Shown here piece after piece: positions 59,013 to 64,000 of a stretch of 64,000 nucleotides of DNA. Source of the stretch: Basidiobolus meristosporus CBS 931.73 (taxonomy: Eukaryota > Fungi > Basidiobolomycota); contig MCFE01000215.1 in the NCBI GenBank assembly GCA_002104905.1, forward strand, positions 62,001-126,000, given 5' to 3'. The position numbers and the translations under genes were made by a program. Each line of letters starts with the position of its first letter. The stretch's first letter is position 1. The notes beneath the pieces were generated by a model. The model was not told where the DNA came from. It did no database searches and was given only the letters and a program-made list of their open reading frames with translations.

Positions 59013-59660
59013 GGGGGGATGATAATCACCACAGGGTGAAATCTTTATTTAAATTGTAAATAAAGAAGCCAAGTTTGAATATGAATATCTGAGATAAAAT
59101 AAGCCTACAAGATAAACTTGGACTTTGCTGTATCCCAGATATCCTCAATATCAAAGTTTAGAGGAGAATGTAGCAAAACTGCTTGTTCACTGTAGTATTT
59201 CTTGAGGAAGTTTGTGACTTGAAGGGAAGGAGAGTTTTTCAACAAGCTGGTAAACCTTTTGAGGAGTTCTTTTTCCAGAGAGAATGGTACAAAGAGTGGA
59301 ATGTCTAAATGATGTCTGAATATATGCTCTGAGAGCTCCCAATCCAGCATATTTTTGACTTCCTCTGTAAAATCTTCCACAATATCTTTGTCAAGAATGA
59401 CTTCCAAGAGATCCCTGGCAATGTACTGAATGTTAATAATCTTGGGCATATGAATACCTAGGTCCTTGAGGTAGTTTCTTTGTTCTGAAATTGGAAGATA
59501 GCCAGCATTTCTGAAATAGCAAACAGCCCAATTGGCAGTGGGAGGAGTATCAGGGCTGACAGGGAATCTTCTTCTGGCTTTAGGGTGCACTGGCTTAGGT
59601 GGCTGTCTTATTGGGAGAACAGTGGACTTTGGATGAGCTTGAAGTGCTTGGGAAGGGTTA
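59013..59660 (-). mobile_element. Array unit 7: ORF1-only non-LTR element (5'-truncated); coding part 59105-59660
   Basis: WAVCYF..LPISEQR..IINIQY..LLEVILD aligns with LINE-a ORF1 WTVVYL..TPISNIR..IVNLAW..ILEVILD; the stop is followed by 92 nt and the shared tail, with no ORF2. Confidence 0.8.
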
Positions 59661-59721
59661 GGGGGGGAGACAGTCACCAACAGGTGAAATCTTTATTTCA
59701 GTTGAAACAAAGAAGCCAGCG

Positions 59722-62491
59722 CTACTGTTGTAGCTTTGATACAAGAGTGTGTAGCTGAGGGGAATTTGTAGGTAAGTTAATAAGAAGTGATGATAGTTCT
59801 TCAGTGCTCAAGACACTGTTCAGTGGGAAGGGGGGTAGCAAGAGAGGTAAGAATGACTTGTGAACAACATTAATGAGGGGAATGTGATAAGGATTGATAT
59901 TCATCATAAAGGGAGTGTGCTGCTGCAGATATTGCTGCCAAAGGTCTGTCAAGTACTTCAGGTAGGCCAGCTTGGGTTTTTCTGACTGCAGAATATAGTG
60001 AGCAAACTTCTTGACTTCAGGATCTCCAAGTATAGTTCTCCAGCAGGAGCCAGGTGTTGTGTGGTGTGTTCTCTTCCAGGCCTTAATCAGTGGGTTGTTG
60101 CAGTTGTGAAGTCTGAGGTATAATCTGGTTCTAAGGTAGAGAAGTCTGATCTTATAGGGCATAAACCCAAAAGCACCAAGAATAGCATGTCTGTAGGGGC
60201 ATTCAGGCAAATGAGGCACCAAGGAGGTAATGCACCATACTGCAAACTTGTCAAGCTTAGTGCAGTCTCTAGAAGTAAGAGAGAGAAGTGGTAAGCCAAA
60301 TTCCAGGACAGGGAAGACAAACTGCTTGAGTAGAAGGAGGCAGCTGGGAGCTGAAGTTGTAGGAGGAGTAACAGCCAGTAGCTTGTGGAGTGCCTGTCTT
60401 GCTAGGATAATTCTCTTCTTCAGGTGTGCTCCAGAGTCTAGTCCAGTAGGCAGGAAAGGAAAGCCAAGATATGTAGCAGAAACCTGAGCAGGTAGAGTGG
60501 AGTTCTCCAAGTTGATGGGAGAGCCCAAAGGTACTGTCTTTGCAATGGAAAGCTGGAGATTATTCTTCTGCAGATACTGGTGGATGGTCTGGGAGTCTTG
60601 TTGCACATTGGAGGAGGATATTCTGATGTCATCAGCAAAGAGAGTAACCAGGCAGTCAGCTGAGAGTCTTGGGAAATCATTCAGGAAGATGGCAAACAGT
60701 ATAGGACCAAGCACAGAGCCTTGAACCACTCCATTAGGAACTGAGAACACAGCTGATTGCTCACTTGGGTGCAGAATTCTTGCTTGTGGATCCAGAAACA
60801 GAGACCTGACAAGGAGGGTGAGAGAGGTACTGGAGAAGCATTGCAACTTGGACCAAAGCAGATTTCTGTCAACTGAATCAAAGGCCTTGGTAATATCAAA
60901 CAGAACAGAGGGATACTTGCACTGGAGAGAGTGATCTTGGCTAAGTATGACTGCATATTCCAAGGAGAGGCCAGGAACAAAGCCAAACTGTGCAGGATGA
61001 AACTTGAGGGAGTCAGAGTAGAGCTCCTGAGCAAGCAGAAGCTCAAACACCTTTCTGCAGGTGGGCAGCAGAGATATTGGCCTGTAGGAGCTAGGATCCA
61101 GGTGCTTTCCTTTACCCTTGTACAGTGGCAGAACATTTGCAAAGGACCATTCCTCAGGAGTAGAAAGCTGGGCTGAGCATTGCTGAAACAGTGGAAGCAG
61201 AAGTGCAGACATGGCCTTGGTACTAGTCTTCAGAAGCTCATAAGAGATTGTGTCCACACCTGGAGCAGTAGAGTTGGGAAGCCTCTTGAGCACATTATGG
61301 ATTCTCCTTTGATCAAGTGCAAGTGGGATGGGCAGAAGTCTTGAAGTCAGGATGAAAGCCAGGAGTTGAGTACTGCTTTGTAGAGAAGAAGATGTTAGCC
61401 AGCTGTTCTGTTGAAGGTAACTTCCTGGAAGAGGGCCTCATTGCCCTGTAGAGTCTTGATACTGTTCTTGTTATAGAGTTGGAAGATTGCAGAGGCAAGG
61501 AACTCATAATATGATCCCAGAGCTGAGTATGCAGAGTGTGGTGAATTGCCTTGGAGTGGTGTATTGCTGTCAGGAGGAGTTTCTCTGTTTTTGGGTTAGG
61601 GAAGCTCAGGTAGCTTTGTTGCAGGGCTGAAACAATGGATTCCCATTTTCTTGAGGTAACAGCAGTAGTCTTGCATGGCAGTGAGAGGGAGGCAGACACC
61701 AGAATCAGATGCTTCACAAAGAGCCAGGCAAAGTTGAGATCATCTGGCAGAGAAAGTAGCAAACTGGCAAGCTTCAAGTAGTTCCCAAAGTCATTCTTCT
61801 GATTCTTGGTAGCTTTGTGGGTGAGCACAGTAAGTTTTGGCAGCTTCTTCTTCACAACTGGTTGCATAGAAAGGGACCAGGCTGGGTGGTCAGAGGCTCT
61901 CAAGGATCCTAGCTCAGCTCCAGAGAATTGCTTAACTTCATTCACAAAGTAGAGGGCAGCAGCAGAAGGGCAGATCCAGTCAACACATCTTTTCTCAGAT
62001 TGAGCACCTAGTGCTAGCAGGTGGCTTTCTCTCAGGAAGTTCAGTAGGAATGTAGACCTTGGCTTCATTCTTGCAGTCAGAGTAGTCTTGTTCTCAGGAT
62101 GGGGAATGTTGAGATCTCCAAGCAAGATAACAGGTGTTGATATAGATTGTTGGTATTGCTGAACCTTCTGGCATATAACTTGCACTTCCTGAAGGGCTAG
62201 ACTTGGAGGCAGATAGCAGAGCACCAGACTGATAGTTGGCAACTGGAGAGCAGCACAGTAAGGGGAGTAAAGAGGAACACAGAGCTGAGGAGTATTGATG
62301 GTAGAAGAGATGAAGCAGATAGAGGAGGTATTCTTTGTTCTAGGAGTAGAAAAGCAATATAGATTAGTCAAAAGTATAGAGGGTAGCTGGACATCAATCA
62401 AACACAGGAGGGAAAATCTTGACAGAAGTCTCTCTAGAGTTGGTCTTGATGGCTGTATGCTGTTGCAGTTAAGCAACAGAACTTCAGGTAG
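59722..62491 (-). CDS. LINE ORF2 (AP-endonuclease + reverse transcriptase), one +1 frameshift near 61313-61400, no initiating ATG
   Basis: LLNCNS, LLGDLN, VDWI, SDH (APE); APGVD, YRPISLL, QFGF, FDITKAFDSV, GVVQGSVLGP, LFADD, TYLG (RT). Confidence 0.9.
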
Positions 62492-64000
62492 TCAGGCAGA
62501 GGTTGTAGCTTCTTCAGAGGCAGCATTAACAATGTGACCTGCAGAGTCCCAGAGCTCTTCAAATGGTGCATCACTTAAGTCAGCAAGGAGGGAAATGGCA
62601 TGGTTCTTGAGGAAGTATGCCACATCATAGGAGGGGGCTTGTCTCTTGATGGCAGCAAAGAAAGACAGAATGGCAACATGGGCTGGAGGCTTGTTGAACA
62701 GTAGAGAGTCAGAGGATTCAGATTCTTCAGGCACTATCTTGAAGTCAGTTTTCAGCCAGTTAAGGTTCTTCTCCACAAAGGCAACAAATGGGTCAGCAAT
62801 GTTTTGGTCTAGGATAACCTCCAGAATCTTCCCTTTTCTCCAGGCCAGGTTGACAATTCTTGAGAGCTGAATATTGCATGCCTTGAGTGCTTTCCTGATG
62901 TTGGAAATGGGGGTCCAGGGAACTTGCTTCAAGTACACCACAGTCCAGGTAGAAGCTGGTGGTAGGTTTGCTGGGGGCTTGTAAGTCCTTCTGTGTTGCA
63001 ATGGAGCTGCAGTAGTCAGATTGGAGTCCACATTCTCAGTAGAAGGTTTTCTTGATGTGTCTTGCTGAATAGTACTGGAGCTGGATGTGCTGATAATTCT
63101 TGCTAGAACCTTGCCTGCATAAGTCTGAGGTATAGCTGAGGTGACTGTAGAGGTGGTGGCAGCTGGTGCAGGTGGAGAGGCAGAGACTGAAGCAGGAACT
63201 GAGGTCACCTGGGAGAAGGCAGTAGAAGCAGGTTTTCTGGGAGGAACAGAGTTCACTATCCAGTTGTTCTGTAAAACACTGGAGTAGCTTTTCTGTGGAA
63301 CAGGATCTTGCTCTTGAACAGGAACAGAAGCAGGAGGCTGGGGCTGAGCAGTAGTGGTAAGGCAGTGGCACTCCAAGGAAGCTTTTTGCAAGGCATCTCT
63401 GGCAGTTTTCAGGGCAGTATTGGCTTCATTCTTGAGCTTCTTGCATTGGGCATCCAGTCTCTTGTTTTCAATAGCCAGGGCAGTATTGGCAGCCTCTAAA
63501 TCAGCAATTCTCTTCTCAATTGCAAGGAATCTCTGAAGAAATGCATCAGTAGAAGTGCTGGCATCTGGGAGAGCAGTGGCAGGAATAGAGTCCATTGACA
63601 GTGGGCTTCTTGGAGGCAAGGAAAGTGGACTGGCAGATTCAGGCACAAAAGGAGATATCCTGGCAGGAGGAGAAGGAGTATCCAAGGCAGTAACAGAGGC
63701 AATTCTTGTTGGTGAAGCAGCAGCAGGGGAGGCAAGCCTGTTCAGAAACTGGGCAGGAGAGAGTGCTTGAGGAGAGGGAGTCTTCAGCTTGCCAAGCATG
63801 TCTTCCATCAGAGTGATACCAATATTCCTGGTGCATTTGCAGAGAAAAGTAAGCTTCCTGAGTCTGCCAGCTCTTCCATTCCTTCTGATAGTTCCTTTGT
63901 TTCCACAGTTGGGGCAAGAAATCTTCTTGACAGACTTGTCAAAGCAATCAAGAACCTTCCTTTCAGGTGTAGTGGGCTCCTGTTGAGGTTTTGGTGGCAT
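62492..64000 (-). CDS. LINE ORF1 protein (Cys4 zinc ribbon, Pro/Ser-rich linker, coiled coil, RRM-like C-terminal domain)
   Basis: 502-aa ORF: CPNCG..RRNG..FLCKC; heptad stretch FLAIEKRIADLEAANTALAIENKRL. The ATG lies exactly at the window edge, so the true start is uncertain. Confidence 0.85.
   Translation of the reverse strand: MPPKPQQEPTTPERKVLDCFDKSVKKISCPNCGNKGTIRRNGRAGRLRKLTFLCKCTRNIGITLMEDMLGKLKTPSPQALSPAQFLNRLASPAAASPTRIASVTALDTPSPPARISPFVPESASPLSLPPRSPLSMDSIPATALPDASTSTDAFLQRFLAIEKRIADLEAANTALAIENKRLDAQCKKLKNEANTALKTARDALQKASLECHCLTTTAQPQPPASVPVQEQDPVPQKSYSSVLQNNWIVNSVPPRKPASTAFSQVTSVPASVSASPPAPAATTSTVTSAIPQTYAGKVLARIISTSSSSTIQQDTSRKPSTENVDSNLTTAAPLQHRRTYKPPANLPPASTWTVVYLKQVPWTPISNIRKALKACNIQLSRIVNLAWRKGKILEVILDQNIADPFVAFVEKNLNWLKTDFKIVPEESESSDSLLFNKPPAHVAILSFFAAIKRQAPSYDVAYFLKNHAISLLADLSDAPFEELWDSAGHIVNAASEEATTSA

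Larger units (their letters stand above)
59661..64000 (-). mobile_element. Array unit 8: near-complete APE-RT LINE (LINE-a); 5' end beyond the window
   Basis: ORF1 + endonuclease + RT + shared 3' tail without poly(A). Confidence 0.94.

Noticed and set aside
56042-59720. Repeat-spacer appearance suggesting a CRISPR array
   Set aside because: The repeats are retroelement 3' tails; the spacers are 100-900-bp LINE/SINE bodies; eukaryotic context with no cas genes.

Overview
Eukaryotic genomic DNA, most likely from an early-diverging fungus (inference from the malic enzyme sequences and TE types). About 85% of the window is a CpG-depleted sea of nested transposons. (1) A Ty1/Copia family: one open-ORF copy inserted inverted into an older copy of itself (TSD TCTAT), plus many decayed copies. 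(2) A very young Tf1/sushi-type chromovirus with identical LTRs, TSD TATAT, an 11-nt self-priming site and a GGGAAAC + stem-loop -1 frameshift. (3) A tRNA-Lys-primed non-chromoviral Ty3/Gypsy and an older relative. (4) A PIF/Harbinger-IS5-type transposase element and foldback MITEs sharing its terminus. A GC/CpG-rich island (about 44.0-53.7 kb) holds a head-to-head pair of intronless malic enzyme genes, one with a mitochondrial presequence and one without, whose central 800 bp are identical. The most unusual part is 56.0-64.0 kb: a same-polarity, head-to-tail chain of eight non-LTR retroelement units (an APE-RT LINE, an ORF1-only derivative, tRNA-derived SINEs and 5'-truncated pieces). They share a double-hairpin + C-run 3' end and are joined through TTAGGG-like junctions, reminiscent of a telomeric HeT-A/TART-type system. 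A second candidate novelty is a covarying structured RNA module shared by two unrelated Gypsy lineages. All identities and counts were made by eye and need computational confirmation.
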